Notes under the pieces: model-generated
The model's database searches: none
Told to the model about the DNA's origin: nothing
The model's input: the letters and a program-made list of their open reading frames with translations, nothing else
Part shown: positions 38,770-52,825 of the stretch, in pieces
How positions within the stretch are numbered: the first letter of the stretch is position 1
Layout of the letters: each line of letters starts with the position of its first letter
Made by a program: the position numbers and the translations under genes
From: Rhizophagus irregularis
Taxonomy: Eukaryota
DNA length: 64,000 bases
Direction of reading: 5' to 3'
NCBI RefSeq assembly: GCF_026210795.1
Contig: NC_089433.1
Location: 3,658,001 to 3,722,000, forward strand

Positions 38770-40551
38770 ATGTCTACCCATTTTTTTTCAAAATTAAGTC
38801 AAAATTACATTGAATTATTGAAAGATGATCAATATTATGATATTACAATTGAAGTTGGTGAAGATCCTAATGTAAAAATATTTCGTGCTCACATGGATAT
38901 TTTGTGTTACCGTTCTCCATATTTACAACGAATTTTAGCTTCCAACAAAAAGAACAATGATAACGTATTAGCCCATATTAAATTACCAAAAATTTCACCA
39001 GAAATATTTCAAACTATTTTAGAGTAAGTAATTAATTAAATTTAATAAATATACTCAAGCTGTATGCTATATTACTGGATAAAATTGTTTCTCACATTCA
39101 TAAAATTTTTGTTATATACTGTAGGTATATTTATGGTGGTATTCTTTCATTGAATTCACATGACATTTCAGATTCTCTTAAAATTTTGGTCGCTGCAGAT
39201 AACTTCGTCTTCAAGAACTAGTTGATTATTTACAAAAATATTTAATTGAAAATAAGACAGATTGGATAGAACAACATTTTGGGTCTACTCAACAAATTAG
39301 TTCACAATCTAATAATTTATTAGTACTTCAAGAATTTTGTACAAATTTAATGGCTAAATCACCTGAAAGAATATTTAAATCATTCGATTTTACTTTACTT
39401 TCTGAAGCATCTTTAATTTCACTTATTAAAAGAGATGATTTATAAATGAACGAAATTGAAGTATGGGAGCATGTATTAAAATGGGGTCTCGCACAAAATC
39501 CAAATCTTATTCTAGATCCTAAAACTTGGTCAGTTGATGATTTCAAAACGATGAAAAATATCTTACAACACTGTTTGCCTTTAATTAGATTTTTTAGTTT
39601 ATCTTCTATAGCATTCTCGCAAAAAGTTCGTCCATATCGAAAACTCTTAGATAAACAACTATATGAAGAATTATTGAATTCTTATTTGGAACCTGGTAGT
39701 GTGTCAAGATACAACGTTTTACGTCCAAGAAAAATTAAGAATAATGAAATTAAAATTGATGATTCCCAAATTATTGATTCAAAGATTGTTGATTCTAATA
39801 TTATTTCAACTGTTTCAAAATGGGTTAATAAAGTGGTTATTAATGATAATAATTATGAGGAATTAATATATTTACCATACAAATTTGAATTACTATTAAG
39901 AGGAAGTCGAGATGGATTTACTCCTAACAAATTTCATGAGTTATGTGATGGCAAAGCTAATACAGTCAGACCTCTATAATTGCACTCTCCATAATTGCAC
40001 CCACTATGTATACCCTCTCTAAATGCACCCTCTGGTTCGGTCCCAAGCTTATATGATCTCTAATTATTTTACCTCTATAAATGCACACCCTCTTTAAATG
40101 CACTATTTTGAAAATTATGCATATGGTCCCAAGGGGTGTGCAATTATGGAGGTCTGACTGTACAGTTACATTTATTAAGGTAAAAGGAAACGAAGAAATT
40201 CTTGGCGGATATAATCCTTTGAAATGGGAAACTACTGATAGGTGGGGAATAACTGAAGATAGTTTTATTTTTTCTTTTAAAGATAAAAATGTTAAAAATG
40301 CAATTTTAAGTAATGTAATAGATGCGTATAATGCGTTAGATTATATCACTTCATGTGGTCCAAAATTTGGAAGCGATCTTAATATATATAGTACCTATAG
40401 CTATAGAAACCATGGATCTAAAGCTTTTGATATAACTCGTTGTAGAAAAGTGCATTATGAAAGAAATATAAGAGATACTGAATACAAATTTTCAATAGAA
40501 GATTATGAAGTATTTCAAATTACGAGGAGAAATATAATGTTAGATAAATAG
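38770..40551 (+). pseudogene. BTB-BACK-TLDc pseudogene (exon 1 38770-39023, exon 2 from 39125)
   Basis: 1-bp frameshift near 39205, CAA>TAA stop near 39443, MITE insertion at 39963-40160, and the retroelement nest 75 bp upstream of the ATG. Confidence 0.9.
39963..40160. mobile_element. 198-bp Tc1/mariner (pogo-like) MITE
   Basis: TIR CAGTCAGACCTC(T/C)ATAATTGCAC and TA duplication (39961-39962, 40161-40162). The paralog at ~23950 shows the empty site GCTAATACAGTTACA. Confidence 0.95.
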
Positions 40552-40554
40552 ATG

Positions 40555-40983
40555 ATAATCCTATACGCGTTGTTCTTAATTAGTAGATAGAATAGGTTTT
40601 ACTGTTTAATGTATTAATTTTATTTTGTTTTTATTCTTTTTGTTTTATTTTTGGATTTTCACAAAATTTAGGACAATTTTTTTTAGAAATAAGGGATATA
40701 GTATATACAAATTAGTAAAGCGCTGTGAAATATAGAAAATTAGGAAAATATCAAAAAAAAATAAAAATAATTAGTAAAATCTTTTAGTAATAGTATTAGC
40801 AATTTTTATAAGATAGATTCAACCATTAATACGAGTCTATATTTAGTTAGTTATTAGTTAAATCAATTTAGACTAGATTTCGGTTAGTTATAGAGCCTTT
40901 TATATATTTTATATATTAGGTTCTAGGTATTTTGTATATTATGATTAAATCTTTGATTTAACCCTTGATTTAATTAATAAAAA
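40555..40983 (+). mobile_element. Probable 5'-truncated retroposon fragment related to the 3' end of the outer retroposon
   Basis: Absent from the paralogous flank at ~24340. Bounded by AGATG repeats, with an A-rich end. Shares AGTTAGTTATTAGT, GTTATAGAG and TTCTAGGTATTT in order with the reverse complement of 25000-25130. Confidence 0.6.
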
Positions 40984-41724
40984 AGATGCATTACTAATCT
41001 AAAAAAAAAAATCGTTTGTTCTTATTTATTCCAGGCGAAAACAAATTTCATTATAAAAGATATGATGATAAGTTTAATACTGTTATATTTTAAATTAAAA
41101 GAAATTCATAATGGATATGATCTTCAATGAGTTTTATAGCAGTTTAAAATTATTTTTTAATTTCTTTATTTAAAAAATTTATTATCAAACAAAGAAATAA
41201 AATTAATTATAAGGAAAAAGAATCATATTTTTGTCTTGTTTTATTTAATAAACACTATTTTGAATCATGCTAATAATATGGAATATAAAAATTTATTCAC
41301 TTTTTAATTTCGCTTTTTTTCCCTTATGATCTCTAAATTTAATAAAACGCCTAAAGTAAATTATCTCGTGTTATAAGCACTAATTCAACCAACATTATAG
41401 TTATTTCGGCCAGCATTAACTTTATTCATCGATCCCAATTTTTTTCAGGTGATCAAAATTTACTGATGAACCGATAATTGGCTCGGTTAAAAGTTTACTG
41501 GTTTAAATAAATAATAAATGTCTCCTATAAAACGTTCAATAAAATGATGAAATTTTGTTCTGCCAAATTATTCAAATTGTATAAATTCGATTTTAAATTT
41601 AAGGAATAACCGCTTAGCCGCAGACTGCGCAGATTTGCGTAATAAACATGGTAGTACAATAATAGTACAACGATAGCTATAAATATTGACTTTTTCCAAC
41701 TTAGGACTTTATTCTTTTTAAAAA

Positions 41725-43227
41725 ATGTCTACCCAATTTTTTTCAAAATTAAGTCAAAATTATATTGAATTATTAGAAGATAGTGAATATTATGATATTA
41801 CAATTGAAGTTGGTGAAGATCCTAATGTAAAAATTTTTCGTGCACATATGAATATTTTGTGTTACCGTTCTCCATATTTACGACGAACTTTAAGTTCTAA
41901 TAAAAAGAATGATAATGGCGTTTTATCACATATTAAATTACCAAATATATCACCAGAAATTTTTCAAATCATATTAAGGTAAGTTTTTTACTTAATATAC
42001 TAGTAATATACTTGTAACCACCTAATTTTAATTTTTTTTTATAGGTATATTTACGGTGGCATTCTTCCATTGAATGGGCTAGAAGCTTCAAATATTCTAA
42101 ATACATTGGTAGTTGCAGATGAGCTTAATCTTCAAGAACTAATTAACTATTTACAAAATTACTTAATTGAAAATAATTCAGAGTGGTTGGAACAACATTT
42201 TGAACTTGTTCATCGGAAGAGCATTCAATCCAAATATTTATCAGAACTTCAACAATTTTGCACAAATTTGATGGCAAAATCTCCTGAAAAAATATTTAAA
42301 TCGTTTGATTTTACTTCACTTCCTGAAAAATCGCTAGTTTCACTCATTAAAAAGGATGATTTACAAATGAGAGAAATTGAAGTATGGGAGCACGTGTTAA
42401 AATGGGGCCTTGCACAAAATCAAACTCTCACCCAAAATCCAGATACTTGGTCAGATGATGATTTCAAAACGATGAAAAATGTTCTACAAAATTGTTTACC
42501 CTTAATTAGATTTTTCTGTTTATCATCCAAAGAATTAAGACAGAAAGTCCGACCATATCAAAAACTATTGAATCAACAACTTTACGAAGACTTGATAGAC
42601 TCTTATATGGATCCTGATAATATATCAATTGATAATATTTTACCTCCTAGAAATATTAAAATCGATAAAATTATTGATTCGAAAATAGTTAATTTAGATA
42701 TTGTTTCGGCTATTTCAAGATGGGTTGACAAAATAGACATGAATTATAGTAACAAATTCGCTAATATTAGAAAGTTATATTTACCATACAAATTTAAACT
42801 ATTATTAAGAGGAAGTAGAGATGGATTTACACCTAAAAAATTTCATGAATTATGTGATGGTAAATCTAATACTATTACTTTATTTAAAGTAAAAGAAAAT
42901 GAAGAAATTATTGGTGGATACAACCCTTTAAAATGGGAATCTAAAGGTGGTTGGGTTACAACTAAAGATAGCTTTATTTTTTCTTTTATAAATAAGAATA
43001 TTAAAGACGCAATTATTAGTAATGTAGAAAATACAAATTATGCATTTAATAATTACTTAACACAAGGTCCATATTTTGGCAAAGATATTATTATATACAG
43101 TTCTGCAGATCAATTAGATTATGAAAGAATTCACTGTAGAAGGCAATATTATGAAAAAAAAATAAGGGATTCTGAAGATTATTTTTCTATAGAAGATTAT
43201 GAAGTATTTCAAGCCGTAACGCGCTAG
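41725..43227 (+). CDS. BTB/POZ-BACK-TLDc protein; exons 41725-41978, 42045-43227 (478 aa)
   Basis: Same motifs and intron position as the paralogs; open spliced frame. Confidence 0.92.
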
Positions 43228-43475
43228 TTTGAGATTTCATCATAAGAAATTGAAATAAAAAAAAAATAATAAAAATAACAAATTTAATTGTAGAGAACGT
43301 ATTCGTATTTTATTTTGAAATTTTTTTTTCTTTTTTTTTTACAATTAGAACATTATTGGAATAATTCTATAATTCCATAATTTGTAGTACGTTTAATATA
43401 TGAATCTTTCTCTAATGAAAATTTTAACATGATAATTTAGTAAAGTAAACAAATATAAATAAATCGTCAATTTTT

Positions 43476-43658
43476 TTTTATCGCCGTTTTCAAAATGATG
43501 TACGCAGTTAAATTTGAATAAAAAAAAAAGAAAACCGAAACCCGGACGAAAACCGGACGTAATATGGACAAAAAACGGATGAAAACCGGGCGAATATTGG
43601 TATTTGAATATACAATCACAAATAAACTGCGTACACCATTTTGAAAATGGCGATAAAA
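43476..43658. mobile_element. ~180-bp MITE-like inverted-repeat element
   Basis: 34-bp IR TTTTATCGCC(G/A)TTTTCAAAATG(A/G)TGTACGCAGTT with 2 mismatches, and internal AAAACCGGACG-like repeats. TSD unclear (possibly TA). Confidence 0.75.
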
Positions 43659-43855
43659 TGAAAATTCGTATTTATGTTTATTATTTATTAACTTTATTTA
43701 TAGCGGCGTATCTTGCATTGTGAAACGAAATTTATACATACATGTCTAGCCACAAATTATATAATTGTACATCAATATATAAATATTATTTAACTTACCA
43801 AATTTAAAAAAAAAAGTTTTTCTCTTTTTTCTTAAAAAAAAAAATTCGTAAAATT

Positions 43856-45368
43856 ATGACTACTGAACTGTTTTCTAAATTATTAAGCCAAAATTATATT
43901 GAACTATTAGAAGATAATGAATACTATGATATTACAATTGAAGTTGGTGAAGATCCTAATGTAAAAATTTTTCGTGCACATATGAATATTTTGTGTTACC
44001 GCTCTCCATATTTACGACGAACTTTGGTTTCTAATAAAAAGAATGACAATGGTGCCTTATCGCATATTAAATTATCAAATATTTCACCAGAAATTTTTCG
44101 AATTATTTTAAGGTAATTTTTTTTTGTTTATTTTACAATCGAATTTAAATTTAAACGTAATTACTTAATTTAAAAATATTATTCAATATAGGTATATTTA
44201 TGGTGGTATTATTTCATTGAATGGACAAGAAACTTCGGAAATTTTAAATACGTTGATAGCTACAGATGAGCTTCATCTCCAAGAATTAGTTAATTATTTA
44301 CAAAATTATTTAATTGAAAATAATTCTGAATGGTTGGAACAACATTTTGAACTAATTCATCGAACGAGCTTCCAATCCAATTCTTTATCAGAACTTCAAA
44401 ATTTTTGCACAAATTTAATGGCCGAATTTCCCGAAAAAATATTTAAATCGTTTGATTTTACTTCTCTTTCTGAAAAATCTCTAATTTCACTCATTAAAAA
44501 GGATGATTTACAAATGAGAGAAATTGAAGTGTGGGAGTACGTGTTGAAATGGGGCCTTGCACAAAATCCAACTCTCACTCAAAATCCAGATACTTGGTCA
44601 GATGATGATTTTAAAATAATGAAAAACACACTACAACATTGTTTACCTTTAATTAGATTGTTTAGTTTATCATCTAAAGAATTGACACTAAGAGTTCGTC
44701 CGTATCAAAAACTCTTTAGTAAACAACTTTATGAAGACTTAATAGACTCCTATATGAATCCTGATAGGGTATCAACTGATAATATTTTATTTCCTAGAAA
44801 TATCAGAACTATTGATTCAAAATTAGTTAATTCAAATATTGTTTCATTTATTTCGAAATGGATTGATAAAACAATTATTAACAATAGCAAATTCGATCAT
44901 TTAAGAGAATTATATCTACCGTACAAATTTAAATTATTATTAAGAGGAAGTAGAGATGGATTTACTCCTAAAAAATTTCATGAATTATGTGATGATATAT
45001 CTAATACTGTTACGTTTTATAAAGTAAAAGGGGAGAATGAAATTATTGGCGGATATAATCCTTTAAAATGGATGTCTACTAGTGGATCTTGGCATAAAAC
45101 TGATGAAAGTTTTATTTTTTCTTTTAAAAATAAGGATATTAATAATGCAATAATTAGTGATATAGAAAATACAAATTATGCATTGTGTAATAACTTTCGA
45201 TATGGTCCATCCTTTGGCAATGATGTTAATATATGGAATTCTAACGATCAATTAACAGATTATAATAATATTCGCTATAAAAAGCTATATTATAAAAAGA
45301 GGATAAGAGATTCTGAAGGTAATTTTTCTATAGAAGATTACGAAGTATTTCAGATCGTAAAGCGCTAG
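43856..45368 (+). CDS. BTB/POZ-BACK-TLDc protein; exons 43856-44112, 44192-45368 (477 aa)
   Basis: Same motifs and intron position as the paralogs; open spliced frame. Confidence 0.92.
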
Positions 45369-46639
45369 TTTTACTAAGACAAATAATTCCTTTTATCACA
45401 TAAGAAATAGACGTAAACTATAAGGATTTAATTAGAGGAAACGTATTCTATTTTAAATTTTTTCTTTTTTTTTCAATTAAGAATTATTGGAATAATTCCA
45501 TAGTTCCGTAGCTTCTAGTACGTTTAATACTCGTGATATTATTTAACACATATGAATCCTTTTTATGACATGAAATTTAATACAAATACGAATAAATAAA
45601 TAACCAATCTTTTTTTGAATTATTTCTTTGTAATAATTAATTCAACTCACAATCAAAACAATTTGATTCGAGTATTTTGTTGATTGCAGATTAACAAACA
45701 TTTTATATTCACAAAGCTTTTCAAATTGCTTGTTATCCTAATAAATCTTTGTTGAACCACTATAAAAAAAACATGAACTAGAAGTTCTGAAAGGTCTCTT
45801 GGAATTTCGTCTTAATGAGATTATTAGTGACCAAATAAGTGTAAATCTTAAAAATTTCATAAAAAATATTTAATTATTAACTTCTTTATATTAAGCTTTA
45901 TTTCGTTTCAACAATTTTTTAAATTTTCACAATTTTCACATAAATATATTTATTAAAAAAATCAATTACAGTATTATAAAATAATTTTTTTATTTTCATT
46001 TAAAGATTTTTAATTTTTGTGTGACTTAATACAATAAAGTCGTTACTCGTTACATGGTCAAATCACTTTAATCAAAAAAAAAAAAAAAATCAATTAAAAA
46101 AAAAATATTTTCATGTAAAAAGAAAAATAAATTTTGCATTCATAATTTTTGTAATTTTTGTTATTTTTTATTATCGCCTTTTTATTTATATTTATTTAAG
46201 TTACTATTTTCACGATTTTCAGATATTTCAGATATTTCACGTAATGAACTGGCAAAATATCACGTGTCAAACCATGTGAACTTATCTCACGTTATTATTT
46301 GTAAATCTTTATCTATTCGCTCCATGTGATTTAAGTGATAATTGGGCACAATGGACTAAAAAAATCTCTTATGGTCGATGTTTTTATGCTAACGATTATT
46401 AATTCTTACTGGAATTGTAAATTCGTTATGGGAATCATGAATCAAAGTCATAGTAGTTTTAAGTGCTAATCCTTTTTTGTAATTACTATCAAGCTTTCCC
46501 ATAGAAAATTACCTATTGTAGTCTTGTTATACTTATATATATATTTAATCACCAATCATGTAATCGTATATCAATATCAAATCTGAACAATAAAAACGTC
46601 TTTTCTCTTTCTCATTTTTTATTTGAAATACGTAAAATA

Positions 46640-48148
46640 ATGTCTACTGAACTGTTTTCTAGATTATTAAGCCAAAATTATATTGAACTATTAGAGGATA
46701 ATGAGTATTATGATATTACAATTGAAGTTGGTGAAGATCCTAATGTAAAAATCTTTCGCGCTCATATGAATATTTTATGTTACCGTTCTTCGTACTTACG
46801 ACGAACTTTGACTTCTAATAAAAAGAATGATAATGGCGTTTTATCACATATCAAATTACCAAATATATCTCCAGAAATCTTTCAAATTGTTTTAAGGTAA
46901 ATTTATTAAATATTATATAATTGAACCTTAACTAATATACTTGTAACTACAAAATTTAAAATTTTTTCATATAGGTATATTTACGGTGGCATTCTTTCAT
47001 TGAATGGACAAGAAACTTCGGATATTCTAAATGTATTGGTAGCTGCAGATGAGCTTCATCTTCAAGAACTAGTTAACTATTTACAAAAATATTTAATTGA
47101 AAATAATTCTGAGTGGTTAGAACAACATTTTGAACTTATTCATCAAACAAGTTTTCAATCCAAATCATTATCAGAACTTCAAGAATTTTGTACAAATTTA
47201 ATGGCCGAATCTCCTGAAAAAATATTTCAATCGTTTGATTTTACTTCTCTTCCTGAGAAATCTTTAGTTTCACTTCTCAGAAGGGATGATTTACAAATGA
47301 AAGAAATTGAAGTGTGGGAACATGTATTAAAATGGGGTCTTGCGCAAAATCCAAATCTCATTCCAGATCTTGAAACCTGGTCGGATGATGATTTCAAAAC
47401 AATGAAAAATACTCTACAACATTGTTTACCTTTAATTAGATTTTGTTGTTTATCATCTATTGAATTCTCACGAAAAATTCGGCCGTATAAAAAACTTTTA
47501 AGTCATCAATTATATGAAGGCCTATTAAATTCCTATTTGGATCCTGATAGAGTATCCACTGATAATTCTTTACTTCCCAGAAATTTTAGTATGGATAAAA
47601 TTATTGATTCAAAATTAGTTAATTTAAATATTGTTTCATTTATTTCAAAGTGGATTGATAAAATAGAAATTGACAAATTTTCTCATCTTAGAGAATTATA
47701 TTTACCATACAAATTTAAATTATTATTAAGAGGAAGTCGAGATGGATTTACCCCTAAAAAGTTTCATGAATTATGTGATTATAAATATAATACTGTTACA
47801 TTCATTAAAACAAAAGGGATAGATGAAATTTTTGGTGGATATAATCCTTTAAAATGGGAATCTTCTAATACTTGGGGTGAAACTAATGATAGTTTTATCT
47901 TTTCTTTTATAAATAAGAATATTAAAGATGCAATTGTAAGCAAAGTAGAAAATATAGATCATGCATTGAACTATCACCCTAAACATGGTCCATATTTTGG
48001 TCAGGATATTGTTATATGGAATGAAAATCAATTTGCGGATTATAAAATAATTCGCTGTAAAAAGAACATTTATAAAAAAAAGATAAGGGATTCTGAAGAT
48101 TATTTTTCTATAGAAGATTACGAAGTATTTCAAATCATAAAGCGCTAA
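46640..48148 (+). CDS. BTB/POZ-BACK-TLDc protein; exons 46640-46896, 46975-48148 (476 aa)
   Basis: Same motifs and intron position as the paralogs; open spliced frame. Confidence 0.92.
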
Positions 48149-48895
48149 TTTAATTTGAAATAAAAATAATTTCTTTTTATTATAACAATCAATATAATAA
48201 ACCATAAGAATTTAATTGGATGGAACGCAATCGTATTTTAATTTTTTTTTTTCTTTTACAATTAAAAATATTATTTGAATGATTTCATAGTTCCGTAACT
48301 TGTGATATTTTTAACACTTGGATATTATTTAACACTTATAATTTATGAAATATTTAAGAAAAAGTTAAAGTTTTAACATGAATTTTTATTTATATAGTAA
48401 ACCAACTTTATTTAAAAAAGAAAAAGTAGTACAAATATAAACATATATATATAAATTAGTAAGCAGAATTTTAAATAAAAAACGAATAATTTGTTTCTTC
48501 GTAATGATTAACAAGGAATCTAACCAAAATAATGTCCTTTTTGGATAATACTAGGCGGCATTATGTAGTTCTGGTTCTGAAGAGACGCGTAGAGCTAACA
48601 ATAAACGAGTTGTTATCAATTTACAGTATATATTGCTCGAGTCCTATACAAGTGCTTTGAATTTAAAATTGGGAACGAGATTGATTAGACTCATGACCAT
48701 ACATTATAAAATTCGCAAATTAACGAGATTTTATGTTCGCACAGTTAGTCATTCCAACTTAATTGTTTAAAATTACTCACCCCTCTATTTTTTTTTGCAT
48801 GAAATTTACCATTAAACATCATCCCATACCGAACAAATTCAATACAGATGATTTGTAATTGCAAATACGAATGCATCTAAATTATCTATCTACAT

Positions 48896-49210
48896 TTAAC
48901 TACAGCAGTATTTCTCTAAAATTTTTTCTATCTTCTCTGACCTCACCGCTGTTAACACGCTTCTTAATATCTTTATTAACTTCTTGATCTTTATGAAGTC
49001 TTGACTATAAACCGCGTTCAGAGCGTAGTATTCTTCAACTCTCTTCACTAATAAATCGTTTCTTCCTATTCTTTTCCAGTAAATCCCACTCAGATAATCA
49101 TCCGTAACTGAAGACTTACCTTCCTGCACTGAATCTCTATATTTTGGTCTTTTTTCATCTTTATGTTTCGATTTCACTATCCAAACGTAGTCGGTGCCTA
49201 TCTCTTCCTA
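48896..49210 (-). other. Possible exon of a small hypothetical gene
   Basis: ~100 open codons with protein-like composition, starting after an AG acceptor near 49208. No recognisable family. Confidence 0.3.
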
Positions 49211-49399
49211 TTTTTAAAAAATCTAAATTTAATAAACATATAAAATATATATGTTAAATACGTATTCATCCATTTTACAAACACCTGCTTAAATTTACTG
49301 ACTTCACTGTGCCGCTTGCCGACTTGCCATTTCTCAAACATTTCAACGAATTACTATTTATTTTACAAGCATGATCGACATATTGACATGAAATTTTGC

Positions 49400-49570
49400 C
49401 TTTACACTTGGCCGGGTTGTCGGATTGTCGGTAGCCAATCAGCTCAAAAAATTGAGTCACGTGATATTAGCTAAATCATGTGTTCGTTATTTTTTCAATT
49501 TGCCAACAACCAGACAAGCCGGAAACTCTCGCATAAAAATTTGCCAAGTGTTCTGTACATTATGAAATCA
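49400..49570. repeat. Palindromic MITE-like repeat, copy 2
   Basis: GCCGGGTTGTCGGATTGTCGGTAGCCAATCA...TCACGTGATATT...TTTTCAATTTGC...GACAAGCCGG matches 2750-2870. Confidence 0.6.
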
Positions 49571-50322
49571 GCTGATAAAGTTTTTTTACTGACGGAATTT
49601 ATTGCATGTAACAAGCAAAATAGAATTTTTATTTATTAAATAAATTTAGTTTTATCTATTAACTATAAAAATACGCGATAATCATTCTTTTGCTTTTTAA
49701 AGGTTGAAATTAAGGCGCAGTAGGAAGTAGTTGATAAATTATAAATTTTCTGTGAGAAGTCGGGTAATTTTTATGTAATTTCAGTAAAATGAAGTTAGGT
49801 ATTTTTTTCATGTCAGCAAAATAGAAATCGACATTCGACATGTCGGTGAAATGTCTGTAAATCAGAATCGTAGGCTGTTTTCAAAAAGGCAATGCCAAAG
49901 ACATTAAAATAACCATAGTATATATAACTCGACCAATTCTCATCCTTTTACAATTACTAGATGCCAAGTAATTACATTTACGTTTTTATTTCGAAGATAA
50001 AAAATTCAAAATACTCATTTTCGAACTTATTATATTGTTTCCAGATTTTAATTAAATCATTTAAATCATCATCATAGAGAATACTTCTTTAATATCATTT
50101 TCCGTATCTTTATTTTAATTGTTTGTATCGTTACATTCCATTGACTTTCTGGTTTTTATAATAATTCCAATAGTAAAAAAAGAGAAACTGATAGTTATAA
50201 GACGTGAATAAATACGTTCGAAGAAATCTCATCATTTTACTAGACCATCAACGAAAGTTTTAATAATTTTATTTATAACAAAATTTTTATCACTAGTAGT
50301 CAATTCCATTTATTTTCGTTTC

Positions 50323-50800
50323 CTATTTAACACTCACTTTGTCGGAACTTTTCTTATTGATAACAGATAAATAAGTATTCCAACTAAAATCCTATAATTC
50401 AATGGAATAAAATGAAAATTGAGCAATTGTACCACCGACCACAATTTATAATTATTAATTAAAGTAGGTACAAAAGCCTGTGTATATTGAGAAGGAAAAA
50501 AAATATTAATATTAAGTAAAACAATATCTTTAAGATAAATATTCTGGGAGGAATTTATATTTACATCTCCAATCTTTTCTAAAATTTAAGATTTTTCTTG
50601 ACCTTCTAATAATGCCTGACCTACGAAAAATGTTGTAATAAAACATGGTGCGAATATAGCCTGATCTAAAGTGACACGCGTTAATAGTCCTTTATAGAAA
50701 AAGAAAATAAATAAATAAATTAATTTGGAATAAAATAATTAATATTATAATGTATAGGTATATATTACCTAACATGGGATTAATTGTAGTGTTATCACCG
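50323..50800 (-). pseudogene. Mpv17/PMP22 (Sym1-like) membrane protein pseudogene fragment
   Basis: Exon ~50565-50689 reads GLLTRVTLDQAIFAPCFITTFFVGQALLEG. Exon 50323-50477 reads AFVPTLINNYKLWSVVQLLNFHFIPLNYRILV...WNTYLS. It has an in-frame TAA and a deletion/frameshift, and the N-terminal half was not found. Confidence 0.8.
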
Positions 50801-52358
50801 ATTTGGTATGGAGTGATAACTAACGTCAGAGATGTTAAAGTGAACAGTCAATGACAAAAAGGCCAAGTAATAAAATGATAAGTGTTTTGATAATATTGTG
50901 ATCAAATATAAGAGTATCACTAATAATTCTCAGTAGAAAATTAATAATGATGATGGTAAACAATGTAAGAGTTTCTTAAGATAGAAATCTATCAAACAAA
51001 TAATAACAAACACAAAGGTAAAACAAATAAAACACGCAAAAAGTTTACTACAAAGAAAAACTAACAACAAATCATACAAAAACACAATACTTCGGATAAC
51101 ACAATCTAAACTCACTGTTAGATTACCCAGGTGTTAACAACCTTTATTCAAAAGAAAATATTGCTCTATATATGTTTACATTTGCACACATGACAGTTTG
51201 AACTTATCAATATTATCCTATTATACTAATACGATTAATCAATCAATTGTCCTTTTTCCATTGCAATTATCTGTAGAAACCTTCCTATTGCTATTTCGTA
51301 TAAGTTCTATGTGTCTATATGATTCATCAACTATGTAAAGTTCAAGAAACTTCTCTAGCTAAACTAATAAAGCAATTTTCTAAGGTTATAATAATTAAAC
51401 TGATACTTATAATTGAATACTTATGAGTCAAAAGTACTAATAATACTAAAAGTGGTTAATTAATGTAAATAACTAATAAAACTAAATTATATTATAAGTA
51501 ATGTTTCATATTGTAATAAACTCAGCCATAATCATAGGATTTCTGTGTACTATATCATGTGACTTGTTCGATCTTCAACTATTTTCATGGGCAACCCTAA
51601 CAATAATCTTTGATTAATTCTATCTCAAGCAAAAATTTTGGTAACAGTAGCAAACCGGTCTAAATAAAGACCAGATAGCTGTGGATGGGCCCTTATTTAA
51701 TTTATTACAAAAAATTTTAGAAATAAAATTTTTCATCTTTAAATAATAATGCTTACAGCTATACTGCCTATACATAAACCAAATCCTCCAAGTCTTAAAA
51801 TTCTATAAAAATTATGAGATTTTAACCCTCTTGGTTTAACAAATTGTTGTGCTATAATATTTCCTGTAACAAATAATGTTCCTGAATAAATTCAAATTTA
51901 TAATAATATTAAATTCTTATTTCATTACGGAATAAATGATTTTTGTACCAACTGAAAAAAGACATATCGTAGTATATAATTGAAGAATTTTAGGAAAGGA
52001 AAATGGAGGAGTTGAAAAAGTTTAAATCTATATTTAGAATTTGACCCTCCACCCTTCCATATAAGGGTTTTAAATTTGCACGACTAAGGTCGGATTTAGA
52101 GTAATAATTCTCCGACACCCAATTATTACTTTTTCAAGTGTTTTTGCAGTAATGATAAACAATATATAATAATAATATGATGATCTAAGTAATAGGAACG
52201 ATCAGTAATATTGAAACTTTTTTTTTTAGCTATGTCAACACGTCATAAAGATACCTATTTAAATTAAATAATTTGTATATGTTTAATTAAGATTTTTTTT
52301 AAAAAATAATAGTACTATTAACCAGAAATAAACGAAATAAACGGAAATGTTATTAATA

Positions 52359-52510
52359 TAGTCAAGACCTGTTATTCGTTATTCGATATACCGATATACA
52401 GTATATATTAAATTTTACTTTCTCACTATATGAGAGTAAATATCGGTATAATTTGATATATCGGAATTTTTCAATGATCTTCAACATATCGTTATATCGG
52501 AGTTTGACTG
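52359..52510. mobile_element. Degenerate pogo/Tc1-like MITE
   Basis: TA|TAGTCAAGACC...GGAGTTTGACTG|TA imperfect TIRs, with internal CGATATA/TATATCG repeats. Confidence 0.6.
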
Positions 52511-52564
52511 TATTTATTAATATAACTTACAAAATGAGAGTGTACATGAAATTCCGTGTTAAGT

Positions 52565-52630
52565 TATGCGACATTTTTGTTACGCGACATACGCGACATA
52601 CGCGAAAATTAATATAGAAATACGCGACAA
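52565..52630 (+). repeat. TACGCGACA motif cluster (probable transposon subterminal repeats)
   Basis: Five copies or variants of TA(C/T)GCGA(C/A)A in ~65 bp. Confidence 0.5.
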
Positions 52631-52825
52631 TTATTGATAGATTGATCGGTAACTATGTTGATTATATTGTGATTGATTGAGGCGTAGTGCAGTAATGGGT
52701 CATTGCGAATTACATAATTTGTAAAAAGTTTGTACTACAAAAAAATATATAAAAAGGCCTTACCTCCTTTTTTTTTATTATTATTTCTAAATTTCTCTAA
52801 TATATATCCGAACCAACTACTTGAG

